This document shows positions 1 through 11,373 of a DNA stretch of 59,159 nt, piece after piece. The notes under the pieces are model-generated. The model was not told the origin of the DNA. It was given only the letters and a program-made list of their open reading frames with translations, and ran no database searches. Within the stretch, counting starts at the first letter, position 1. Every line of letters begins with the position of its first letter. The translations under genes were made by a program, and so were the position numbers. The stretch comes from Porphyridium purpureum (lineage: Eukaryota), in the NCBI GenBank assembly GCA_008690995.1, contig VRMN01000028.1, forward strand, positions 1-59,159, in the 5' to 3' direction.

Positions 1-1804
1 AATTTGGGCGTTGGTTACAAGAACGGGGAGGGCGGGCTGCCGCAGGACGAGCGCGCCGCGGTCGAGTGGTACCGCAAGGCCGCAGACCAGGGAGACGCAG
101 AGGCGCAGTTCAATTTGGGCGTTAGTTACAAGAACGGGTGGGGCGGGCTGCCGCAGGACGAGGGCGCCGCGGTCGAGTGGTTTCGCAAGGCTGCAGACCA
201 GGGATTCGCAGCGGCGCAGAATAATTTGGGCGTTAGTTACAAGAACGGGGAGGGCGGGCTGCCGCAGGACGAGCGCGCCGCGGTCGAGTGGTTTCGCAAG
301 GCCGCGGAGCAGGGACTCGCAGCGGCGCAGTACAATTTGGGCGTTAGGTACAAGAACGGGGAGGGCGGGCTGCCGCAGGACGAGCGCGCCGCGGTCGAGT
401 GGTTTCGCAAGGCCGCGGAACAGGGAGACGCAAACGCGCAGTTTCTTTTGGGCGTTTGTTACCTGAAAGGGGAGGGCGGGCTGCCGCAGGACGCAGGCGC
501 GCCGCGGTCGGAGAGTGGTTTCGCAGGCCGCGGAGCAGGGAAACGCACACGCGCAGTTCAATTTGGGCGTTTGTTACGAGAACGGATGGGGCGGGCTGCC
601 GCAGGACGAGCGCGCCGCGGTCGAGTGGTTTCGCAAGGCCGCAGACCAGGGATTCGCAGCGGCGCAGTATAATTTGGGCGTTAGTTACGAGAACGGGGAG
701 GGCGGGCTGCCGCAGGACGAGCGCGCCGCGGTCGAGTGGTTTCGCAAGGCCGCGGAGCAGGGACACGCAGCGGCGCAGAATAATTTGGGCGTTAGTTACA
801 AGGACGGGAAGGGCGGGCTGCCGCAGGACACTCGCGCCGCGGTCGAGTGGTTTCGCAAGGCCGCGGAGCAGGGAAACGCACACGCGCAGTACAATTTGGG
901 CGTTAGTTACAAGAACGGGGAGGGCGGGCTGCCGCAGGACACTCGCGCCGCGGTCGAGTGGTACCGCAAGGCCGCGGAGCAGGGAGACGCAGAGGCGCAG
1001 TTCAATTTGGGCGTTAGTTACAAGAACGGGAAGGGCGGGCTGCCGCAGGACGAGCGCGCCGCGGTCGAGTGGTTTCGCAAGGCCGCGGAGCAGGGAGACG
1101 CAGAAGCGCAGTTCAATTTGGGTGTTTGTTACAAGAACGGGGAGGGCGGGCTGCCGCAGGACGAGCGCGCCGCGGTCGAGTGGTACCGCAAGGCCGCAGA
1201 CCAGGGATTCGCAGCGGCGCAGAATAATTTGGGCGTTTGTTACGAGGATGGGTCGGGCGGGCTGCCGCAGGACGAGCGCGCCGCGGTCGAGTGGTTTCGC
1301 AAGGCCGCAGACCAGGGATTCGCAGCGGCGCAGAATAATTTGGGCGTTAGTTACAAGGACGGGAAGGGCGGGCTGCCGCAGGACGAGCGCGCCGCGGTCG
1401 AGTGGTACCGCAAGGCCGCAGACCAGGGACTCGCAGCGGCGCAGAATAATTTGGGCGTTAGGTACAAGAACGGGGAGGGCGGGCTGCCGCAGGACGAGCG
1501 CGCCGCGGTCGAGTGGTTTCGCAAGGCCGCGGAACAGGGAGACGCAAACGCGCAGTTTCTTTTGGGCGTTTGTTACCTGAAAGGGGAGGGCGGGCTGCCG
1601 CAGGACGAGCGCGCCGCGGTCGAGTGGTTTCAGAAGGCCGCGGAGCAGAGGTACGCAGCGGCGCAGGTCTATTTGGGCTGTTATTACGAGAACGGGTGGG
1701 GCGGGCTGCCGCAGGACGAGCGCGCCGCGGTCGAGTGGTACCGCAAGGCCGCAGACCAGGGATTCGCAGCGGCGCAGAGTAGTTTGGAAAGACTAGGCTG
1801 CTAG
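1..1804 (+). CDS. Sel1-like repeat (SLR) protein, 5' end outside the window; about 16 tandem 37-aa repeats; frameshift at ~490-530
   Basis: 111-bp period (aatttgggc at 1, 112, ...); unit AQxNLGVxYxNGxGGLPQDERAAVEWxRKAAxQG matches the Sel1 consensus; ORFs 4..672 and 515..1804 join across a net +4 nt indel cluster. Confidence 0.93.
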
Positions 1805-2487
1805 CGTTGTTCAAAGGCGAAATGAAATTAGAATAACGTGACTGCTTTCGCGTTTCTGAACCAAACGTGAAGATCAAAGGGCTTTCCGGGCCGAAGTCTG
1901 CCGCTTTGCATGGTCATCCATGTGCGGAGGTGGCCAATCAACCATGACGCGTAAAGGGGTGAGCAGAACAGAGTCTTACGCTGCTCAGTCAGCGGTGTCC
2001 GTTGAGTCTGACGCACCTGCGCTGAAGCGAGACCTCAGTGAGCATTGGATGCGAAGATTGTCTAGCCATCTGCCGCACTGTTGCTTGTTCGCGCATGCGC
2101 CCTGATGAACCTGTTCTGGAGGGTTGTGTCGACGCGTTCGCAGCGAGTACATCGACAGCGGCTCTGCGCGATTTTCCTGTCGAGCACGTTGGTTACTCTA
2201 GGTTTATTACATTTCGTGCCATTTTAGACCATTTATTCAGGTTGAAGGTGCCGGTGAGACCGGAACATTTTGTGTTTATGCCAAGATTATGTTTGTACAA
2301 CATACTAGCAAAAATGATTGGTCGCACGAGTTACCCAGTAATAAATGCAGACACGTGCCGCTTGTTCTGGCACCTTTTCTTGTACTGAAATGATCCCTTT
2401 TTACTTGCGCTCCTTGATAAACCACTGAACCGATTGCGCCGAACCGCGCTGGCGCTCGCATGCTCGCCGTCGAACAAGGTTCGAAAG

Positions 2488-2673
2488 ATGGAGGGATTCG
2501 CGGAGGCTGTGCGGCGTGAGCGGGCGAGTGCAAGGGTTGCGGAGCTAGCGCGTGGCCATATTACCGCAGGGACACGCAAAACGTACCTGTCCAGTCAGTG
2601 CAAGTTTCTGAGGTATGTGCTTGCCCATTACAATGAAGACGTTGGAACTGGGTGGCCTTCGCATCCAACAGAG
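2488..2673 (+). pseudogene. N-terminal fragment of a Crypton-type tyrosine recombinase, cut off by the adjacent non-LTR element
   Basis: LARGHITAGTRKTYLSSQCKFLRYVLAHY aligns by eye with YARARIGESSRKTYKTYWKRLSDFLVQHY of the recombinase at 49506; sequence switches to the retroelement end at 2674. Confidence 0.55.
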
Positions 2674-5600
2674 CTCTAGGGTTACTCTGAATTGAGTTTA
2701 TTTTTAGAATTTAAACAATCCAGGAAATTGGTGACTCAGCCGGATCGGAGCTGAATTTGGATCAGCTCAGGAGCTGAATTAGAGGACGCCGACCTCGTGA
2801 ATTGGGGCGCTCGGGTCAGAGGAGCTGAGCATTCGCGCCACATGGGGGAGCCAGCGCAGCCCGCTCGCCGTGAGGGCCGAGTGTCCCGCCGGGTACCGCA
2901 AAAGAATGCCATGTGCGGCGGCGCGGTACACAGCGAGGGACACAGCCCGCGAAAGGACGGTCAGCGCCCAAACCCAGGCGAGAGGACCATGGCGCACGCA
3001 GGCAAAGTCGCGCGCAGGCCCAGCCCGGAAGAAGCGCACGTGCGGGCGCATACGTTGCCGTACGTGGTGACGATAAAGGCCACCATGTTGGCTGCGTGGC
3101 CCCGAGCAACCAACTGGGTGCCGCAGCGCGGCGGCGGCAAAGGCCACGCTTCCGAGCGCGAGCGGCTGGCGACGGTCTGGCGCGACCGCGGCAGCATCGA
3201 CGACATTGTTGTCGAAGGAAAAGTCGCCAGGTCGTGCTCCCCGTTGCCAGGTGCGTCCTCGGGGCGCACTCGCGGCGGAACCGATATTGTCCGCAGGTTG
3301 CAAAACGGACGAGCATCAATGACCGCGGCATGGCCGTACCGGGTCAGCCCCATTGCACCGGTTTTGCGCATGGTGGCCGTGATATTGCGTCCAGTGGCGC
3401 GTTGCGCACGTGGCCGTTGTCCCACGGACAATGGCGAGCAGCAAAATTACAGCGCTCGTGACGCCAGCCACAGGAGGCCCAGGCAGTGGCGCACGGCTGC
3501 AAACCACGTGTCGCGGCAATGCTGGAAGTGACCACGGAATGCCACCGAGCACTGTGCCGGATGGCATGCCCAGCCAGGCCGCTGCGTGCAGCGACGGCAA
3601 ACTCTGGCGGCGGAGGCGTTCAGACGGCGATGAGCCTGGCGCCGAGACCAGTCTCTCTTCAGGAGTGAATACAAAGCGGCGGGGCCTCGAACAGAGTCAG
3701 CAGGTCTTCGACTTCCGGCGTCCAGGACGCCCGGCACCTGTGCAGCCACGCCTCCTCGAGGTCGTGGAACTGTCTCCACCTGGCCAGGTGCGACGGACAG
3801 GCGCGGCGGCGAATCCCGCGGTTGCCGCGACAGAGGCGCCATCGGAGGCACGGCTTCCCGCTGAGCGCGTAGCACCTCACCCTCGTCCAGTGTGCGAGCA
3901 GCAGCGCGGCTGCCGGCAACGAAGCCTGGCAGGCTCATGTCGCGCAGGCTGGTCAGGCCCAGGCCGCCACACCGCAGCGGCAGGCGCCATTCTGCGCGCC
4001 AGGAGCCATCTGCGTTCTGGCCGTCGGCTGCCGTTACGCCGAGCGTACGCGCCACAATGTGCCGCCACGCGTCATCAAACGCGGCGAACCGGTCCAGCAC
4101 CGCCTCTGGCGGGAGCGTGCGGGCCAGATGCACGACTCGCGCGGGCCCCACGCTTGCCCGGAGCAGGTGGTATGCCTCCTCGGGCTCGTGAATGCCGGCC
4201 ACCTTGTCGGCCAGCTCGAGAGTCGCAGCCAGCGTCCTGTCCACGCAGCCCATGTCGCCGCTGGTGTCCAGGACGGTGCCGAGCAGTGTGACACGGCTCC
4301 ACGGCACCACAGGTAAGCCATGCAGGCTCGACAGCGCCGTAATGTCTGTCTCACAGCTACCCGGCGGCAGGACTAGCTCCGACTTGCGCCGATTAATCGA
4401 CAAGTCGATTTCTCGCGCAGAGTGGTCCAGAGCCTCCAGGAACGCCACCAGGGAGCGGACTGGACCTGCAATGGCGCCGTCATCCAGGTACCAGCATTGC
4501 ACCAGCGCCTGGCCGGGTGCGTGCGTGATGTCTCTGGTCTGACGGTGCAGCGCCAGTGAGAAGAGGAGTGGGGCCAGCGGGTCGCCCTGCTGCACCCCAG
4601 ACTCGCTCTTCAGGACGTGTTTGCCTGCTCGCAGCGGCGCAGGACAGGCGTAGCACGTGCGAACCAGCGGCCACAGGTGCGGAAACTGGGCCTGTACCAG
4701 TCGCATAAAGGCGGGGCGGCGCACCGTATTAAAGGCGTTCGAAATGTCCACCTTGAGCACGCCCCACCCGGGGTTGTCGAGCACGGCGAGGCGAGTGCGC
4801 ATCACCATAGCCTCGAGCCCGGCCTTGCGGCCCACGCCATACTGGTCCGGGGCGAGCGTCTCCACTGCGTCATGTGCGAGGCTCGTCACGGCCAGGCGGC
4901 CCAGCACGCGGCGGAAGATCTCGCCGATGGCAATGGGCCGCACGCCCCCATCTGGCTTGCGCAGAGGAATGAGCCTGGCGTGCGCCCAAAGCGCGCCAGC
5001 CTGCGGCTCCAGGCCTCGATGCACCACGCGGTCGAACAGCCCACACATGGCCGTCAGCACTTCAGCACCTGCGGCTGGCAAGCTGAGCGCCTGGTGCAGG
5101 AGGCTCGGAGACCACCGTGAGGGTCCCGCTGCACTGGTGTACGGGATACCCATCACTGCATTTTTCACCACTGCACGTTCGGCCAGCGGTGGCTGCGCAT
5201 CGCGCGCCTGGGCGCCCGCGCCGGGGGCTGCAAGCGGGCAGCCGCGTCGGTCGCTGGCGGGTGCAATTCCCGGAGCCGAGCGAGGACTGCGTCCGTAGTG
5301 TCGTGGACACCGGCAGACTCCACCAGCCGTGCCGCCGCGCCGAGGTGTCGGGCGCGCACGTGCTTGACCACCTTGCTGCTGACCGTATGCCACGGCAGGT
5401 CGGTGGGCTGCCCGCCAGTCAGCTCTGGCACGGACGCCAGCAGCGCGGTCAGCTCTCCCTGGCGCCACTGCTTGAGCCGCGCCGTCGTGAGCCGGACGCG
5501 CTCACGGGACGGCTGCTGGACCCCGGGCAGACACAGCACGAGTGTCGGAAACACCCACAGGCGTGCAATGGCGCGCACCTGGTCCGCCTCGGTCTCGGCC

Positions 5601-6430
5601 TCCTGCACGCCGGCCAAAAGACCAGCCAGCTCCAGGGCCACGTGCGTCGCCAGAGCCGGCGCCATGCGCTTCCACAGGTGGACCCGCAGTGCGAGTATCC
5701 TGTCCAGGTACTCGTGCACCACGGGCACCGGCAGCCCAGCAAAGATGCGCTCCGTATCGTTCGCTGCATCTTCGTCACCAAGAGGGGCGGGTGGAGCAGG
5801 TGCAGCATCTTCCTCGGCATCAGTCCGTGTGCTGAAACCCCCAGGAGACCTACGAGGAGACCAGAAAACGCTGTACATCCACAGTACATCAGGTATGTAC
5901 AATCGTGGTTGAACCGTGTATACACCGCCCCACCGACCTGCTGTACCTTGTTGTCGTCGCCGTCGTTTGCGCGTCTGCGAGGATGTATAAGCGGCGAGGT
6001 AAGAGCGGCGCAGAGCGCGACCCGATCTAAGAAAGGGTAAGAGAGATGTTAGTGTGATGGAGGTAAAGTTGGTCCTGTTTGCTTTGCTTCTTCCTCTCCA
6101 CCGTAACAATACGGTACACACGTGGTAGTAGTATCATTGACAATAGTGGTACTGTGAGTTACTGTGGCGGTTCTGTGTGGGAGGTGCCTAGGTACAGCGT
6201 TTTGCAGGAGACTTCTTAGTCTGTTCTGGGGAGACCTTCCTTACACCACTGTACTTAACGATGGTACTGTGGCTGTACGGCGGTTGTACAGCGTATTGCT
6301 GGAGACTTGTCAGTCTGACCTGAGGAGACCTACCGTACACACACGTAAGGTCTTGCGACGGGAGGAGAAACATGTGTTGGAGCGGGAGTAGGAGGCTGTT
6401 GCTCGACAAAAGAATGGAGAGAATAGTATC
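2674..6430 (-). mobile_element. Non-LTR retrotransposon, CRE-like (RT plus restriction-like endonuclease), copy 1; 3' third degraded by many indels; 5' boundary uncertain
   Basis: RT motifs KPDGGVRPIAIGE, DISNAFNTV, GVQQGDPL, YLDDG, LPLRCGGLG; homology to the copy at 55273 starts exactly at ctctagggttactctgaat. Confidence 0.85.
3447..5900 (-). pseudogene. Reverse transcriptase ORF of CRE-like copy 1, frameshifted at ~5200-5240 and repeatedly below ~3870
   Basis: ORFs 5165..6121 and 3447..5468 are consecutive parts of one protein; the endonuclease part is scattered across frames compared with copy 2. Confidence 0.8.
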
Positions 6431-6658
6431 TCATGTATGAATGTATCTTTGGATTCCCGCAAAGATTTTGGCGAGAGCTTTCTGAACAGTTTAGTGATTT
6501 ACGCTATATCGGCTTCTGTTGTTTTGTCGACGGTACGAACCGGTCTGGCCGCACGGAGTATTACGCATTTAGCATGCGCTGTATACACGGCAGAAGATAG
6601 GACGTGGATTGCAGATTCCATTTTGTCGAAGCGAAGTCCTAACGTGCGTGTGTGGTCC

Positions 6659-9600
6659 TTAGTTGTACGTCAAAACATCTTCGAACAGAGACGGATTCAC
6701 GATGAAGTACCAGTTGCGCGAAGAATTTGTGGAATCCAAGAACGCAGTGATTTTTCCTGTAACATCTTGTGCATGGACCACGGACACAACGTCGGGAGTC
6801 CATTCCGTATGCACAAACACTGGCTTGAGTGTCTAGCATTGACTTGCACATGTCTGACCGCATACATCGTCCGCAAATCGCTGTATTACCAAAGCACTGA
6901 TCGTCTTTGTATGGATTCCAGACGTCAAGACAATTTTGGCTATGAGGATACACTTCCCGTACGCAAATTCCGTGAGGTCTGTCGTTGGATTCCTGATTTC
7001 CACCAAGTCCCATCTTGGACAGCCGTAGTGGTTCGGATATGCTACGATAGTCTCCACGGGAAGGGAGTCCCGCGCTAGTCTTATTTGTCTGTATGCGTAT
7101 ATTTCCACGCTAAAGGAGTTCGCGTCCATCCTGTTCAGCATCACGAATCGACGGAGTTCTTCGTCCACGTTATGCCACAATACTTCGTTTGGGTTGGATG
7201 TACCCACCGGCGTTTCAGCTGGATTCCAGTCTACTGGCATCCATGAGACATCAGGCTGTGTCTGCGTGCTTCCGCATACATCAAACCGAGTGTGCGCACC
7301 CGGCCATTTTCCATACGCTTGCAGATTATCGTTGTTGTTTGTGCCGCCGAACCTGCGCCATACTTGTGTTCCATGTTTTGTGGATTCCCAAAGTTCAGAG
7401 AAAGGTTCCACACTGCTTGTTGAAATTTGGTCGCAACGTTCCGTATACATGTAATCCAGTTGTGTTTCTTCATCCTGCTGAACGCGTCGCATCATTCTTG
7501 AGATAAGATCTCTATGGTTCCACACGCCGGTGGACTTAAAGTGTTCCTTAATTTTCTTGAATGCTTTCTCGCCGTCAGTGGTATCCCAAAATTTCAGGGG
7601 TCCGCAGTCTGCAATGGATTCCGCAAAGTGGGTGAGGGCATGGATTTTTGGTGCATTCCATGGGAGTCCAACGACCTTCTTAAACAAATGAAGGCTTTTC
7701 TGGAGCTCGCGCGCGTGAGTTGCAACCTTTGCAATGTCTTCGCTTTGAAATCCTTCACGATACAGGAGAGTGTATGTTTGGATAGCCTTGCAGCCAAGAT
7801 GGACATATGCCTCGCGAGAAGCGGGCGACAAAATGGACTCCTGGGAAACGACCATGATCATCTGTAAAAGGAATCCGAGTGAGTATGTATGCTCTGCGAA
7901 TTTGGTGAGTTCTTGCAGAAACGGTGACTGACGCATAGGTGTATATACAGCGTGTCGACGATGGAGTCCCTCCGCGAATATTACCCTCGCGATCACTTTC
8001 CACTTTTTACCGGCCCCGGAGTCAATGATGGCGCGCAACTGGTCCGCGCTGCTGCCCTTCCGTTGCGATACTGCGAGTTCGCGGGGCGGGCCAACCACTT
8101 CGGCATCTGGGTCGTCGCCTGATCTACCAGCTGCCCCTTTGCGCTTCTTTGTTTGCCTTGTTGCACATAGATTCCAATTATCTTTTGAAGGTAAATGGCT
8201 TGCAGACATGTTTCCATCGCTTCCATGCACATTATCTGTGTCCGAATTCTCATCGTCTGTATCAAGTGTCCACAAGAGAGAAGATTCTGGATTCTTTGGA
8301 GCACGTTTCTTGGTCTGAAGCGTTGTGAGGCGTTGCATGATCTTCTTAACTTCCGTTTGTGTGTCTGGGCGTGTCAGCAACGCCTTGGGTGCTGCTGCGC
8401 AAACGCCTCGCAACCAGAAAGCAAGGAATCCATGGAGTCCGTCAACGCCGCAGATCTGAAAGCGCCCGCGGGGGTCGAAGCGATTCCATCCCTCTGCAAC
8501 TGGGCGTCCGATAAAGTGGAGACTTTCAGCGCTTCTTTTGGACTCCCCAACTGCGCCGAAATGATTCTTCACAACGTTGAGACTTTCAAGCTCGTTTCGA
8601 TACACAACCGGTTTGGTCGTAACCCAGAAATCATGGATTCTATCCTGGTTGTCATCAGGTGGGTCAATATCAACCGTCGGGCTTCCGACCATACATTGTT
8701 GACATGGCATCTTCTGCCCTCGAGTCCCGGAAATCATTGGAAGTTTCGTGAAAGACATTTTTGCAATCATTGGCATATCCATCGACAGCTTGTAAAACAT
8801 GGGTACGAGCAGAAGCTTCGTATCCCCCAGGTTGACGGGGATTCCCAATACGTTTGCTTTCAGTACATGCCGGAATACCTCGTGCTGGATTCTATGCCAC
8901 AATGCAGAGTTTAACTCATTCTTCAGGTTCTTATCGTCTAGAGACGGATGGGTCTGCCCAACCACCTTCTGCACGGATTCCCTGCTTACGTTAGGAAGGA
9001 AAGTGACCACCGTAGGGTCTCGTACAGAGTCCTTGCCGAACATTTCCCTGTGCATGACACGGATCTGCAGTGGAGTTAAGGCGTGTCGTCCGTTTTTGGT
9101 CATGTGCGCTTCATCTGCAAAGACTTGAATTGGAAGAAGTACAGCTTTTGGCGCGTCTTGGATACCATACCTCGTCTCAATTTCTGCTCGAATTTTTCGA
9201 CCTGCGTTCCTTACAAGGTGTCCGTCCTGCGCGCACACTATTTTGTCAGATGTAGCACCGCTGGATACATCTACGTGGAATGTCCGCAGTCCGTGACGCT
9301 GTATGATGATGGCAGCGGATCTTACTATAATCTCAAGCGGTTCACGATATTGCACCTGCTCTTGGATTCCATTCTCAAGTTGGATTCCGCAAATATTTCG
9401 CCCCTGTGCGAAGGTCACATTCGTCGTGCGTGTTTGTGTGCGCTTGTTCCCTATCGCCTTGGACATCTTTTCCCGTGTTCTTGGATTCCACTGAAGCTTC
9501 GCAGCGAGCTGCATTTCGCGATCGAGCATTTTGGGAATCCGCGCCCTCAACGCGTCGCGTATTCTACAAATGGAATTATCCTGCAATGCCTCACGTCGAA

Positions 9601-10408
9601 GCTCTTCACCGACAACGCTGGTAACTCTACCTAGCGCCCTCCGTAAACATATTCGTAATAGCTTGGATTCCAGCTTCTTCAGTTTCCCCGCTGTTCGACT
9701 TGTGATGCCACAACCACTCATCACAGAATTCTGTGTACATTTAAATCGAAGCATCTCTATGGAATCCTCAACGGCTTGTGTATCACTCGATGAACTCTCA
9801 CTGAAAGCACAAGCGAGCGCTGTGAGCGGATCTTTGGGATTTCGTAGGCGAGTGCGGAGCGATTTCGTTGACATCGTAAACTCCCAAATATCCTGACACT
9901 CTTTGCTGACTGCCTTAAAGCTGGATTCCGCGACATCTTCGTCCAAATCGGTTTCGAACGGATCCTTGCGTGCAACGTCCAGCTCTGTGTCCAATCCATC
10001 TTCGACCGAATCTGGCGCGTGCCCGACATTTGTGGAGTCCCTGTTGCCACCACTGTCGTAACCGTAAATAGACTCTTCCCCATCGTCCATGGAATCCTCA
10101 TCGCTGTTGATGTCGAAGTAGTCTTCATGCTCTCCATTGATGCGCTCCTGGACATTGAGCTCGTTGTGACCGCTGTCATGCGTACATGCGTACGCCGGCT
10201 TCGCGATTTGAGTGGATTCCGCAATCACACGAGCCGATGCTTTGCGGGCCTCTACCATCTCTGGAGTCGGATAAAAACAGAATTTTTTGTGGATTCGCAT
10301 TTCAGCATGCACAAGCTTTTGCGTCTTCCACCGCGTATCCTTGATGCGAAACCCGCATCCTTCGTTGACGCACGGGTGCATGTCACCGAACTCGAATCTT
10401 GTCGCCAT
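6659..10408 (-). pseudogene. Plavaka-like transposase with a premature TAG at 6833-6835; probable start MATRFEF at 10408
   Basis: Motifs LPIQVFADEAHMT, LSMDMP, PCQQC, VDGLHGF, WNAPKIHALTHF..GPLKFWDTTDGEK; the frame continues past the stop (TLKPVF...WYFIVNPSLFEDVLTYN*) and matches the C-terminus of ORF 40227..44093 (WYYLLNPSTFEGVLEYN*). Confidence 0.8.
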
Positions 10409-11101
10409 GCTTTTTCCTTTCGCCCTCCAACAAGTATACTCGCGAGCGCACACGTTCACGCACTCTTGCAGACAAAATTTTAGGCCATGTACCGCGTCGC
10501 GGGATTCTAAATACTGACGGTTTAAGGTTGCGGGACTCCACCATCCGGATGATCCAGTCAGTGGGATTTTTCGCGACGTCCCACAGCTCCTGATGTTGCG
10601 CTCACCAAGCCCGCATTTTTCGGCCGAATGGACAGTGGTCGACTGGATTCCCGTAGATTCGAACGAGCCAACGCATGGCGTATCGCTGCGGACACACAGG
10701 TTTGAGTGCGCTGATGTGCGCACCGGTGAAGGCGACGCAAGAGACATGCGATACATCAGTCTCGCCCGAGAGAGCTTGCGTCTCGCTCGGCGTCCCGAAT
10801 CGCATCTCCTCAGACGAATGAATGAGCTGAGTTGGGTGCCAGCTCGCTGGATTGGGAGTCCACTGTGGTTGAACATGAACCACGCTGTGAGTGACTTATA
10901 CAAGGCCTACCTGGAGGAATCGGAATGCTGAGATAAGGATATCACTGAGCGAGTGGACTCCATCCGACCGATAGAGTGGAAGGCAGTGAGACAAATCAGG
11001 ACTCCCTTGGTCGTAAAGGGTTGACATGGCATTGATGATTCCAGACATGTCCGGGACCTCGAGGCGCGGTTTGTGCAGTGGATTTTGAGCATTGAGATGT
11101 T

Positions 11102-11323
11102 TGTCAATTATTCGTGTGAATAATTGACCAAGTACAGGTGTAGCTGTACCAAGTTACTTTGAGGGTTACCCGAACCCTCAATTTCTTGACCAGCGTATAA
11201 ATACGCGGCGAACGGCGGCGGGAAAGTAGCACTAGAACAAAAATAAAAGGTTAAGGGTGTATGAAAAAAGAACAAACCTTCCGCCCCGTGGGATAGCCTG
11301 ACGGGGGATAGAGATGAACGACA
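11102..11323 (+). repeat. 5' LTR of copia 1
   Basis: Direct repeat of 16634..16855 with 3 mismatches seen. Confidence 0.95.
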
Positions 11324-11373
11324 GTGATCACTCGGGATCTCTCCAGTGTTAGAAGTGTGGTGTCTGACTTAAG

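Noticed and set aside
490..530. Programmed frameshift in the Sel1 gene
   Set aside because: Several small indels cluster in one repeat unit, more like a consensus error or decay
1..1804. Regular repeats with variable segments as a CRISPR array
   Set aside because: The period is 111 bp, in frame, and encodes Sel1 repeats; there are no unique spacers and no cas genes
2191..2202. GGTTACTCTAGG matching the CRE tail repeat
   Set aside because: A single 12-bp match with no other element sequence; could be chance
10409..10903. N-terminal 165 aa of the 1356-aa ORF
   Set aside because: No counterpart in the homolog at 40227, and it overlaps an opposite-strand remnant; likely a spurious extension
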